A stretch of DNA of 17,016 bases from contig JAPNQO010000013.1 in the NCBI GenBank assembly GCA_027251445.1, forward strand, positions 1 to 17,016, given 5' to 3'. The stretch is from Fidelibacterota bacterium. GTDB lineage: Bacteria; Fidelibacterota; Marinisomatia; Marinisomatales; TCS55. The notes under the pieces are model-generated. The model had not been told where the DNA came from and ran no database searches. It saw nothing but the letters and a program-made list of their open reading frames with translations. Positions 8,534 through 17,016 of this stretch are shown piece by piece; the first letter of the stretch is position 1; every line of letters starts with the position of its first letter. Made by a program: the position numbers and the translations under genes.

Positions 8534-11430
8534 TAAAAGCTTACACTCAATCCTATTTTTATTTGCCTTGGACTAGAATAATAATCCGGACGGATAAGGT
8601 ATTCATCTAAACTATTATATCCAGGACCACTAATCTGTGGTGTATAAGTTGGGACAAGTGTATAGGTAGATCTTCCTGTATCACTGAATACAGTTAATTC
8701 ATTCCTTATATCAAATAGATTATACACATTCATACTAAGGGACATTTTGATTCCAGATAATTGAAAATGGTAATAACTACGTAAATCAACATTGAAAGTA
8801 CTTGGCTTTCTGGCATTATTTTCAAAAGATGTTCTAACTCCAAGGTATTGGGTTGTATATGGAAGTCCACTGCCATAGCTAAATATAATTCCCACACCTG
8901 AGTTCTTAATAGGATGATATGTCAAAGTCGTATTTAATGTATGTCTTTGATCCCAATCTAGAGGAACTAGCATTTTCTCAGGTTCAATATTTGATGCTTC
9001 ATCATTGAATGCTGCTGCAGGGTCGGATGCATTACCTTCTGAAACTGAATATGTATAATCTACGTTACCTGAAACCTTAGCTGATGCTCTTTTGGAAAGA
9101 GCAATAGTAACACCTTTTGAATTTGCATAATCCTGATTGATATATAATCCATATTTATCACCAGCAACAAAAGATTGAATAATCTTTGTTGCATTTAAGT
9201 TTCTAATATCTTTATAAAAGCCAGTTAATTCAATTCCAATATCTGCACCAATTTGCTGGGAAAACCCAACTTCGTATTGTGTAGTTCGCTGAGGCTCTAA
9301 ATCTCCATTACCCATTGTATATCCTGTGCCACTTCCCGCAGGGACTTCAAACTCTGGGTTAGTATACAAGTAACTATACTGAGGAATAGCAAAGAAATGA
9401 CCATAAGAAAAGTGCATATGACCTTGGTCAGTTATAGGAAAGGCTAAAGCAAATCTAGGACTTAATTGTGACTTAGCTTTTGCATTCTGATACCATGAAT
9501 CACCGAAAGCATTACTTTCACGACGATCATTAGTATTTTTTTGGTTATCGGGATACATTTCTATCTGAGAAATTTCACCGTCTCCATCTAAATCAAAAAA
9601 ACGGTTAATTGGTTTAACAGGACTATTAATATTGGGATCACTTGGATCATTAAGAATTCTCCATTTTGGATCAAAATAGTCCCAACGTAATCCAATATTA
9701 ACTACCAAATCTTCAAATTCAATTTTATCCTGAATATAAAAAGCATACTCAAAAGGATTTCTACCTTTTTTACCGTATGTGTTATGACTAGGAGATTCAG
9801 ATGAGTTTGGAATTCTTGGGGTATACCCTGTGTATTCCGCTAATTGCACACTATAACTAGTTAATGACATATTTGTTTTACGATATTCAAATCCTGCCTT
9901 TAAATAATGAAATCTATTTATTTGGCTAGTTCCATCAATTTTAAAAGTATTAATTGCTGATTTTTGTTCGAAATAACCCATACTATGTCCACCAACTTCA
10001 AAATTATTTCCAGGCGTATAGTCATCTATTGTTGGAGAAACATAAAAAAGGCTTGGGTCTGCATTTAAGGTAGTATCCACAAAGGAATAACCAAAAAAGT
10101 TCACGCTATCAATTGATAATTCAGAATGATTTTGAAAATAATTTCGTTTATCACTCCTCTGACTTCTGTAATGGTTGACAGTCCTCGATAATGATAAAGT
10201 AAAAAATGTTGAAGGATTTAAACTATAATCCATTACAAACATATTACTTAGTTTAGTGGTGAACTGATGCGATCTGCCGTATGGATTCCATTTATAGGCA
10301 TGAGAATACCCTTGAGAGGCTGTTTCACTTCCACTAAGACTATAGGCCACTCTTAAAGTAGGGTTTACAATCCATGAGACCTTTGTTAAACCTGTGTATT
10401 GATCAGACCAGTTCATAGCCACCCATGAAGAATCATTAGCTCCATAAGGATGATACAGAGAATCCCAATCTGCGTGAGATGGGGTAATATACTCAAAATT
10501 ATTTGTTTGGGAGTTCCAACGATGAGATTCTGGAACAAAAATCTTCTGGCCATATAAATAACCGCCATTTCTCTTATATCTACCCGAGGCAAAAATAGAT
10601 ATTTTATCTTTAATTATAGGTCCATCTACAGAACCTTGAATATCCTGAATTGTATTTGGTCGAAATACATCTAGCTGAGGAAATAATTCATCATTTGCAT
10701 AATAACTACCAAGCATAGATGACATATTTCCAGAATATTTTCTATAATCACCGCTTTTTGTAATAATATTTATTATTCCAGACATTGCTTTGCCGTATTC
10801 AGCATTAAAAGTTCCACTAATAAATTGAAGTTCTTGAATCGCATTATTTTCAATTTCAACTGCCATACCTGCATCGTATGGATCAGTTACAGCCACACCA
10901 TCAATCATATATGCTATTTCTCCGCTTCTACCTCCACGAACGTGTAAACCACCACCTGAGTTTACTACACCAGCTTGTAGTGCTACTATATCTTCTAATT
11001 CTTCAACGGGAAGCATATCAATTTCTTCACTGGTTATATTTGCCTGAGAATACGTTACATCTGCTTGAACCATTGGTCTTTGTGCAGTAACCTCAACTGC
11101 ATCCATGCCTATAACACCTTCTTCCAATTCAGCATTTAATGTAGTAGTTAAATCAACTTGGATTTTTACATCTTTAACAACAACATCTTTATATCCAATC
11201 ATAGAAAATGTTACAGAATAGGTTTTAGGGGGTATTTGTAAAATAAAGTATCTACCCTCTATATCTGTTGCAGTACCATAATTCGTACCATTAACAAGAA
11301 CATTTGCACCAACCATAGGCTCTCTTGATACCTTATCAATTACGATTCCAACTATTTTACCAGTTGTACCTGCATCTAACAGATGGAATGCTATAATCAG
11401 AGTAAAAACAAATTTATTGATATATTTCAT
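8533..11430 (-). CDS. TonB-dependent receptor with N-terminal carboxypeptidase-regulatory-like domain
   Basis: About 965 aa from ATG 11430 (the ORF track starts at TTG 11442). Signal peptide; GKIVGIVID...GANV...GTATDIEGRYFI...SMIGY N-terminal domain; plug motifs HVRGGRSGEIAYMIDG and GTFNAEYG...SGIINIITK; barrel motifs GLRWDYF, SPRFALAFP, GNGDLEPQRT; ends PRQIKIGLSVSF. Confidence 0.93.
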   Translation of the reverse strand: MKYINKFVFTLIIAFHLLDAGTTGKIVGIVIDKVSREPMVGANVLVNGTNYGTATDIEGRYFILQIPPKTYSVTFSMIGYKDVVVKDVKIQVDLTTTLNAELEEGVIGMDAVEVTAQRPMVQADVTYSQANITSEEIDMLPVEELEDIVALQAGVVNSGGGLHVRGGRSGEIAYMIDGVAVTDPYDAGMAVEIENNAIQELQFISGTFNAEYGKAMSGIINIITKSGDYRKYSGNMSSMLGSYYANDELFPQLDVFRPNTIQDIQGSVDGPIIKDKISIFASGRYKRNGGYLYGQKIFVPESHRWNSQTNNFEYITPSHADWDSLYHPYGANDSSWVAMNWSDQYTGLTKVSWIVNPTLRVAYSLSGSETASQGYSHAYKWNPYGRSHQFTTKLSNMFVMDYSLNPSTFFTLSLSRTVNHYRSQRSDKRNYFQNHSELSIDSVNFFGYSFVDTTLNADPSLFYVSPTIDDYTPGNNFEVGGHSMGYFEQKSAINTFKIDGTSQINRFHYLKAGFEYRKTNMSLTSYSVQLAEYTGYTPRIPNSSESPSHNTYGKKGRNPFEYAFYIQDKIEFEDLVVNIGLRWDYFDPKWRILNDPSDPNINSPVKPINRFFDLDGDGEISQIEMYPDNQKNTNDRRESNAFGDSWYQNAKAKSQLSPRFALAFPITDQGHMHFSYGHFFAIPQYSYLYTNPEFEVPAGSGTGYTMGNGDLEPQRTTQYEVGFSQQIGADIGIELTGFYKDIRNLNATKIIQSFVAGDKYGLYINQDYANSKGVTIALSKRASAKVSGNVDYTYSVSEGNASDPAAAFNDEASNIEPEKMLVPLDWDQRHTLNTTLTYHPIKNSGVGIIFSYGSGLPYTTQYLGVRTSFENNARKPSTFNVDLRSYYHFQLSGIKMSLSMNVYNLFDIRNELTVFSDTGRSTYTLVPTYTPQISGPGYNSLDEYLIRPDYYSSPRQIKIGLSVSF

Positions 11431-11497
11431 TATATTAAACAATGCTAAATTGCGGGAGAATATAATATATAAAGATTATTAATATTTTTAATTATTT

Positions 11498-12427
11498 ATG
11501 AAACTCTCTATAAAAACTATCAAAGCAGCACATAAAAGAATAAAACCATATATTATTAATACTCCCATAAAATCGGATAAAGAAATTAATGATTTGGTTG
11601 ATGCAGATGTTTATTTCAAGTGTGAAAATTTGCAAAATTCTGGATCATTTAAATTTCGAGGTGCATCAAATGCTGTTTTTTCTTTAAATGATGAAGAGGC
11701 TCGTAGAGGCGTCATAACTGTTTCATCTGGAAATCATGGCACCGCATTAAGCATGGCTGCAAAAAATAGAGGAATTCCTGCCACTGTAATTCTACCATCA
11801 AACGCTACTAAATATAAAAAAAACCTTATAGAAGAATTAGGTGCCAATATAATATTATGCGAACCAACAGTAAAAAGTAGAGAAAAAACTTTATTAGATA
11901 TTAAAGAAAAAACTGGCGCTAGTGTTATTCACCCATATAATGACTACCGTGTTATGTCAGGTCAAGGAACTATAGCATTAGAAATTATTGAAAAAATTCC
12001 TGATTTAGATATTATTTTGTTCCCCATTGGTGGCGGTGGATTAATAAGTGGAAATGCCATTGCAATTAATTCTATTTCTCCTAAAACAACTATAATAGGA
12101 GCAGAACCAGATTTAGCTAATGATGCTCAACAATCATTAATTAAAAAGGAACTTATCCCATCAACATATCCTGAAACCATTGCAGATGGTTTACGCACAT
12201 CTTTAGGCTCAAAAACATTTCCTATAATATTGAAATACATAAAAGATATATTTACTGCACCAGAAGCTTCTATTATACCAACAATGAAATGGATGACAGA
12301 AAAATTTAATGATAAGATAGAACCCTCTTGCGCAGTACCCTTAGCAGCACTGATAGAAAATAAACCTTATTTTTCAGATAAAAAGGTAGCGATTATAATT
12401 AGTGGTGGTAATATTGCTGATGCATAA
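11498..12427 (+). CDS. Fold-type II PLP enzyme, serine racemase / serine-threonine dehydratase family
   Basis: 309 aa. Motifs FKCENLQNSGSFKFRGA (PLP lysine), SSGNHG, HPYND...GQGT, PIGGGGL, AEP, TIADGL, SGGN. No ACT regulatory domain. Confidence 0.88.
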   Translation: MKLSIKTIKAAHKRIKPYIINTPIKSDKEINDLVDADVYFKCENLQNSGSFKFRGASNAVFSLNDEEARRGVITVSSGNHGTALSMAAKNRGIPATVILPSNATKYKKNLIEELGANIILCEPTVKSREKTLLDIKEKTGASVIHPYNDYRVMSGQGTIALEIIEKIPDLDIILFPIGGGGLISGNAIAINSISPKTTIIGAEPDLANDAQQSLIKKELIPSTYPETIADGLRTSLGSKTFPIILKYIKDIFTAPEASIIPTMKWMTEKFNDKIEPSCAVPLAALIENKPYFSDKKVAIIISGGNIADA

Positions 12428-12474
12428 AGTTTTAAATATATTTACAGAACTTTGTTTTACATGATGTTTAAAAT

Positions 12475-13428
12475 ATGATACTGAATAATATTCTAGAAAA
12501 TATTGGCAATACACCAATCGTAAGACTTGATAAAGTTGGTTCTGTACTTAAGTGTAACCTATTTGCAAAATGTGAATATTTAAATCCAGGAGGATCTGTA
12601 AAAGATCGCATAGGTCTCCGTATGATCAATGAAGCAGAAAAATCGGGTCAAATTAAACCTGGAGACACCTTAATCGAACCGAGTTCTGGAAACACGGGAA
12701 TAGGTTTAGCTCTAGCTGCAGCAGTTAAAGGATATAAACTAATTATTACTATGCCAGAAAAAATGAGTATGGAAAAAGAAGTGGTTTTAAAAGCTTTAGG
12801 TGCAACAATAGTTCGAACACCTACTGAAGTTTCACATGATGATCCAAAAAGTCTCTTTGGTGTAGCAAAAAAACTGCAAAGTGAAATACCTAATTCTCAT
12901 ATTCTTGATCAATATAGTAATAATAATAACCCAGATGCCCATTACAATAGTACGGCCCAAGAAATTCTAGATGAGTTTGGAACTGATCTTAATATGGTTG
13001 TCATATCAACTGGAACAGGTGGAACTATTACTGGAATTGCAAAAAAACTAAAAGAGTCAATTCCAGATATACATATTGTAGGAGTTGATCCAATTGGCTC
13101 AATTCTTGGTGGTGGTACAGATATATCTTCTTATAAAGTTGAAGGAATAGGATATGACTTTTTTCCTAATGTGTTAGATAATTCATTAGTTGATAAATAT
13201 ATTAAAACAAATGATGAAGATTCATTTTCAATGGCGAGAAGGCTTATTAAAGAAGAAGGCTTATTAATTGGTGGATCATGCGGTGCGACTGTATGGGGAG
13301 CTATTGAAGCGGCAAAAGATCTTGATATAAATAAAAATGTACTGGTTATACTACCGGATGGTATTAGAAATTATCTCAGCAAATTTGTAAATGATGAGTG
13401 GATGAAAAATAATAATTTTACATTATGA
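12475..13428 (+). CDS. cbs: Cystathionine beta-synthase, catalytic core only (CBS/cysteine synthase family)
   Basis: 317 aa. Motifs [16 protein letters not shown] (PLP lysine), [64 protein letters not shown]. PEKMSxEK, EGIGYDF and the C-terminal RNY..KF..D.WM point to CBS rather than CysK. Confidence 0.85.
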   Translation: MILNNILENIGNTPIVRLDKVGSVLKCNLFAKCEYLNPGGSVKDRIGLRMINEAEKSGQIKPGDTLIEPSSGNTGIGLALAAAVKGYKLIITMPEKMSMEKEVVLKALGATIVRTPTEVSHDDPKSLFGVAKKLQSEIPNSHILDQYSNNNNPDAHYNSTAQEILDEFGTDLNMVVISTGTGGTITGIAKKLKESIPDIHIVGVDPIGSILGGGTDISSYKVEGIGYDFFPNVLDNSLVDKYIKTNDEDSFSMARRLIKEEGLLIGGSCGATVWGAIEAAKDLDINKNVLVILPDGIRNYLSKFVNDEWMKNNNFTL

Positions 13429-14114
13429 AGAAAACCGTACTATTACTATTATGTATTTCATTTTTATTTAGCTCTTCCCCAGATGAGCGTGGATACATAG
13501 TAAAGATTGGAGATAAAATACCGGAATTTATTATGGAATTCCCTGATGAATCTCTAATTAACAGTAAAGATTTATTGGGAAATGTTGTTATGTTACAATT
13601 TACTGCAAGTTGGTGTTCAGTATGCAGAGAAGAGATGCCTCATATTGAAAAAGAAATTTGGAAAATATATAAAAGAGTTGGTCTAAAAGTAATCGGTATT
13701 GACCGGGATGAGCCTGCAGATGTTGTAAAAAGATTTGCGAAAGAAGTAAAAGTAACTTACCCTATTGCTCTTGATCCGGGAGCGGATATTTTTGCGCTAT
13801 TTGCTGATAGAAATAGTGGTGTCACAAGGAATATAATTATTGATACAGATGGAACAATATCATTCCTGACTCGATTATTTGATCCTAAAGAATATTTAGG
13901 AATGAAAAAAATGATACATAGTTTACTTAAAAATCAATTTCTAGAAGAAAAACAAGATCTTATTGCGCAAAAACAAATTTTAAAACAGTTAAAAAATAAA
14001 AGAACACCTAATAATCTATCTTCAATAAATAGAATTGAAAGAAGATTATCACTAAAGGAAAGTGAATTAAACCTAAGAGAAAGAAGACTTATTTACGCTA
14101 AGAAACTTTTATAA
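13425..14114 (+). CDS. Exported TlpA/ResA-like thiol-disulfide oxidoreductase with a C-terminal helical extension
   Basis: 229 aa. Signal peptide; [14 protein letters not shown] (CxxC); YPIALD; RNIIID. ATGA overlap with cbs. Confidence 0.85.
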   Translation: MKKTVLLLLCISFLFSSSPDERGYIVKIGDKIPEFIMEFPDESLINSKDLLGNVVMLQFTASWCSVCREEMPHIEKEIWKIYKRVGLKVIGIDRDEPADVVKRFAKEVKVTYPIALDPGADIFALFADRNSGVTRNIIIDTDGTISFLTRLFDPKEYLGMKKMIHSLLKNQFLEEKQDLIAQKQILKQLKNKRTPNNLSSINRIERRLSLKESELNLRERRLIYAKKLL

Positions 14115-14126
14115 ATTAAAAAATTA

Positions 14127-14837
14127 CTATCCAAATACTCGTAAAGAAATTTTCTGATCATTTAACTGTTTTAAATTAATAATCGCCATTAAAGGGACCA
14201 TAAATATCATTGCTATAACAGCAGCTTTTTGTGATAAAACTTTTGCATTATGGGGGTTAGACATATATAGAGCAAAATCAAAGTCTGCTATGATTATATG
14301 AGATAAAACGATAAGCCCACTAGAAAAAAATATTAATGATAAAATTATATTTTCTTTATTAATTAATAGAAATGTTAAAGAATAAAAAAACACAGCTAAA
14401 CTCATGGATCGAAAGACCCAGTTTGCAAAAAAAACATGTAGATCAAAATATAAATCTGATGGTGTAAGTCCAACTCCCGCAAAGCAAACACTAGCAAAAC
14501 ATCCAAATATTCCACCAATTCTTGATAACATAAATGATGCTGGACTGATATTATGTAATGATGGCAAAAATAAGAAATAAATTAAAAATGAGATTCCTAT
14601 TATTATTAATGATAGGTTAAACGTGTAAAAGGATATTTGATTATTTTTCCCTGAATATCCTATATCCCTTCCCAAGTCACTCAAATAGTTTAAGGAAAAT
14701 GAATACCCATAACTGAAATTATCAATAGCATTTCCACCATCGTATGTTATCATAGCTATTGAAACAAGCGAAACAAATAAAACTATTGAAAGTATTGGTA
14801 ATATTATAAAAATATTATATTCTAAATTTTTCATCAT
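14127..14837 (-). CDS. Polytopic membrane protein, DUF998-like
   Basis: 236 aa with about six hydrophobic segments. YSFSLNYLSDLG in the first loop and GVGLTP...LH resemble DUF998-type proteins. ATGA overlap with the Rieske gene stop codon. Confidence 0.65.
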   Translation of the reverse strand: MMKNLEYNIFIILPILSIVLFVSLVSIAMITYDGGNAIDNFSYGYSFSLNYLSDLGRDIGYSGKNNQISFYTFNLSLIIIGISFLIYFLFLPSLHNISPASFMLSRIGGIFGCFASVCFAGVGLTPSDLYFDLHVFFANWVFRSMSLAVFFYSLTFLLINKENIILSLIFFSSGLIVLSHIIIADFDFALYMSNPHNAKVLSQKAAVIAMIFMVPLMAIINLKQLNDQKISLRVFG

Positions 14838-15325
14838 GAAGTAATAGTGATAATATCTCCAGAAATAGAAGCGTTATATTGCCTTAATGGATTTTCAGCA
14901 GGTCCATTGAGGACATTTCCATTCAAATCAAATCTACTTCCATGACAAGAACATGTAGAGACACCAGACGAAGAATATGCATCAACTGTACAATTGGCAT
15001 GCGTACAATTTCTACTATATACTTTAATAACATTTTCGTTTTGTCTGTAAACTAGCATCCCATGGCTATCAATAGGATTAGGAGATAGAGCTAAAGTTCC
15101 TCCTACAGATTGAAGTGCACTATTTTCTGATAATGATATATCAACAATAAAAGATATGTCTTGTCCATTTGGGGTTACAGGATTTGAATCATCACTACAT
15201 CCAGTTTGATTAATAATAATAAAACTACCCATTGTTAAAGTGCCTAATCCAGTTAATGTATCTTTAACAAACTTTCTCCTACTACATGGGTCATTAAATA
15301 TTTTTTCAACAGAATTTTTTTTCAT
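14834..15325 (-). CDS. Rieske [2Fe-2S] protein with twin-arginine signal, possible lipoprotein
   Basis: 163 aa. SRRKFVK Tat motif; boxes CTHANC and CSCHGSRF; C-terminal GPAENPL. GGAGA RBS upstream. Confidence 0.9.
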   Translation of the reverse strand: MKKNSVEKIFNDPCSRRKFVKDTLTGLGTLTMGSFIIINQTGCSDDSNPVTPNGQDISFIVDISLSENSALQSVGGTLALSPNPIDSHGMLVYRQNENVIKVYSRNCTHANCTVDAYSSSGVSTCSCHGSRFDLNGNVLNGPAENPLRQYNASISGDIITITS

Positions 15326-15340
15326 TTTCTCTCCAATTAA

Positions 15341-17014
15341 TTAAATACCAAGAATTACATCCATCAGCATCAGAACATCAATAATATCAAGAGTATTATC
15401 ATAATTCAAATCTGCTTTACAATAGTCTATATCAGTGGGATTATAATAACCTAAGCTAAATCGTAATAATTCAATTACATCTAAGATATTTACTATATTA
15501 TCTTCAGTTAGATCACCAGGTTGACAATTACCTCCAATAGGGATAGCTGAAATTGATACACTTATACTAGTCGAATCCGTATCAATAACTCTGGTAATTA
15601 ATGAATAATTATATTCTGTATTAGCTGATAATCCATCATCGGTGTATGACTCTACACCAGACCAAACTGATGCTTCAAAATCTTCATTTTTATATATGTC
15701 AATCATAAAGTTTGGAATTGGATCACCACCAAATAATTCAGTAGGATCATCCCATTCTAAATTCACACGATACCATACAGAGGTATCTGCTGTAAGATTT
15801 GTGATAGGATTTGGATCTAAAGAATCTGCAGCTAAATATTCCATACTCAGTACTGCAGAATTATATAAATTAAGTCTACCACCACTTACCGTAATGCCAT
15901 TGAGCGAAGCCAGCTGATCAGTACCATCTAATATTATTTGCTTAATAATAATTGCACCTTGATCTGGAGATGAACGGTAAAAAGAAGCTAACCCAGATGA
16001 CATCGAAGCATGCATAAATCCTATTGCACCAGCAACATGTGGGGAAGCCATTGAAGTTCCAGATAATGATGATGTACCTCCTCCAGTATAGGTAGACAAT
16101 ATTTGTGTTCCTGGAGCACCAAGATCTATTGTTGTTGCCCCGTAGGCAGCACCACTATTTTTAGAATCATTTCTTGTAGTGTTTGTTACAGAAACCATAT
16201 AATCACTCTCACAACCTGTTGGAACATCACCTGTTACATCCACATTAGAATTATTATTCATTGTTGCTCCGCAACTTAAGATTCCATATTGTCCCATTGC
16301 ATTATACATATCATTCCATAGAGAATAAGTAGCGCTATTACAATCTGCATTATTTACTCCAAAGCTACTATTTGTTGCTACAACAAATGCTCCAGACGCA
16401 CCACCTGTAGAATCATAGATTGCACGTTGATCTAAAATATACCCATACGCTTCTAAGACTATAGAGGTAGTACCAGAAGATCCTCCTAAAGCCATTAGTT
16501 TTACATCCCAGTTTACACCAGATACGTAATTACCATTATTTCCTTTTGCCCCAACTATCCCGGCAACATGAGTTCCATGGCCATCACTTGGAATCGAACC
16601 ATTTGATGAATATGCATTCCATCCATGAATGTCATCTATATATCCGTTATTATCATCATCAATCCCATTACCTGGTATCTCACCCCAATTTGTCCAAAGA
16701 TTTGGGATTAAATCAGCATGAGTAAGCAACATTCCACCATCCACGATAGCAACAACAATTGTATCTCCTAAAGGCGTAACTCCACCTGTTGATAAATCCC
16801 ACGCTTCAGGTGCATCAATATCTGCATCTATTGTACCACCACTTTGACCTGTATTTTGAAGAGCCCACTGTTGATTAAACTGAGTATCATCTGGAATATT
16901 TCTCCTAGACACTTTTGTATCCGGCATTACTTTATCAATAAAAGGATTATTTTCAAGTTCTTTTATTGCGCTTAGTGGACCGCCTATCTTGTCATTTTTT
17001 AATTTTATACTTAC
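15341..17014 (-). CDS. Subtilisin-like S8 serine protease with FN3-like and C-terminal dockerin domains (5' end beyond the window)
   Basis: Catalytic triad motifs AIVDGG, HGTHVAG and GTSMASPHVAG; insertion NGIDDDNNGYIDDIHGWN; duplicated GDLTEDNIVNILD / ADLNYDNTLDIID. The frame stays open upstream of Met 16927 to the window edge (VSIKLKNDKIGGPLSAIKELENNPFIDKV-MPD), which resembles the end of a propeptide. Confidence 0.93.
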   Translation of the reverse strand, partial: VSIKLKNDKIGGPLSAIKELENNPFIDKVMPDTKVSRRNIPDDTQFNQQWALQNTGQSGGTIDADIDAPEAWDLSTGGVTPLGDTIVVAIVDGGMLLTHADLIPNLWTNWGEIPGNGIDDDNNGYIDDIHGWNAYSSNGSIPSDGHGTHVAGIVGAKGNNGNYVSGVNWDVKLMALGGSSGTTSIVLEAYGYILDQRAIYDSTGGASGAFVVATNSSFGVNNADCNSATYSLWNDMYNAMGQYGILSCGATMNNNSNVDVTGDVPTGCESDYMVSVTNTTRNDSKNSGAAYGATTIDLGAPGTQILSTYTGGGTSSLSGTSMASPHVAGAIGFMHASMSSGLASFYRSSPDQGAIIIKQIILDGTDQLASLNGITVSGGRLNLYNSAVLSMEYLAADSLDPNPITNLTADTSVWYRVNLEWDDPTELFGGDPIPNFMIDIYKNEDFEASVWSGVESYTDDGLSANTEYNYSLITRVIDTDSTSISVSISAIPIGGNCQPGDLTEDNIVNILDVIELLRFSLGYYNPTDIDYCKADLNYDNTLDIIDVLMLMDVILGI

Positions 17015-17016
17015 AA

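Noticed and set aside
4720..11090. Short + strand ORFs 4720-5052, 7441-7683, 7631-7831, 7892-8173 and 10878-11090, including His-rich and Ile-rich ones
   Set aside because: They are antisense to strongly supported genes. The His and Ile richness is the reverse complement of GAT/AAT (Asp/Asn) runs, so they are not precursor peptides.
11431..11442. TTG start at 11442 for the receptor
   Set aside because: ATG at 11430 gives a typical MK-initiated signal peptide. TTG is possible but less likely.
14115..14126. Terminator between the convergent TlpA and membrane protein genes
   Set aside because: The gap is only 12 bp of A/T sequence with no credible GC-rich hairpin.
15642..15917. 91-aa + strand ORF
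   Set aside because: It is antisense to the S8 protease FN3-like region and has no independent support.
16925..16927. Met 16927 as the protease start
   Set aside because: No signal peptide follows it and the frame is open to the window edge, so the gene is truncated by the window and is not a pseudogene.

Overview
AT-rich bacterial window with densely packed genes. The gene repertoire (PorV-family barrel, carboxypeptidase-regulatory-domain TonB-dependent receptor without SusD, dockerin-tailed S8 protease) suggests an FCB-group organism such as Marinimicrobia; this is inference only. From left to right: (-) a DegT/RifK-like PLP aminotransferase, tldD and tldE (cut by the left edge); (+) hsp20, preceded by a sigma54-type -24/-12 element and three 13-bp boxes spaced 21 bp apart, then a perfect bidirectional terminator; (-) a tightly coupled operon of TonB-dependent receptor, a 1071-aa secreted protein with Asp-rich Ca-binding-like repeats and a T9SS-like C-terminal domain, a PorV-family barrel and an FMN reductase; (+) a serine-racemase-like enzyme, a minimal eukaryote-like cystathionine beta-synthase and an exported TlpA thioredoxin; (-) an S8 protease with FN3 and dockerin (cut by the right edge), a Tat-exported Rieske protein and a DUF998-like membrane protein. 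I saw no RNA genes, CRISPR arrays or mobile elements. The best candidate for an uncharacterised system is the SusD-less receptor / CTD-cargo / PorV triplet.
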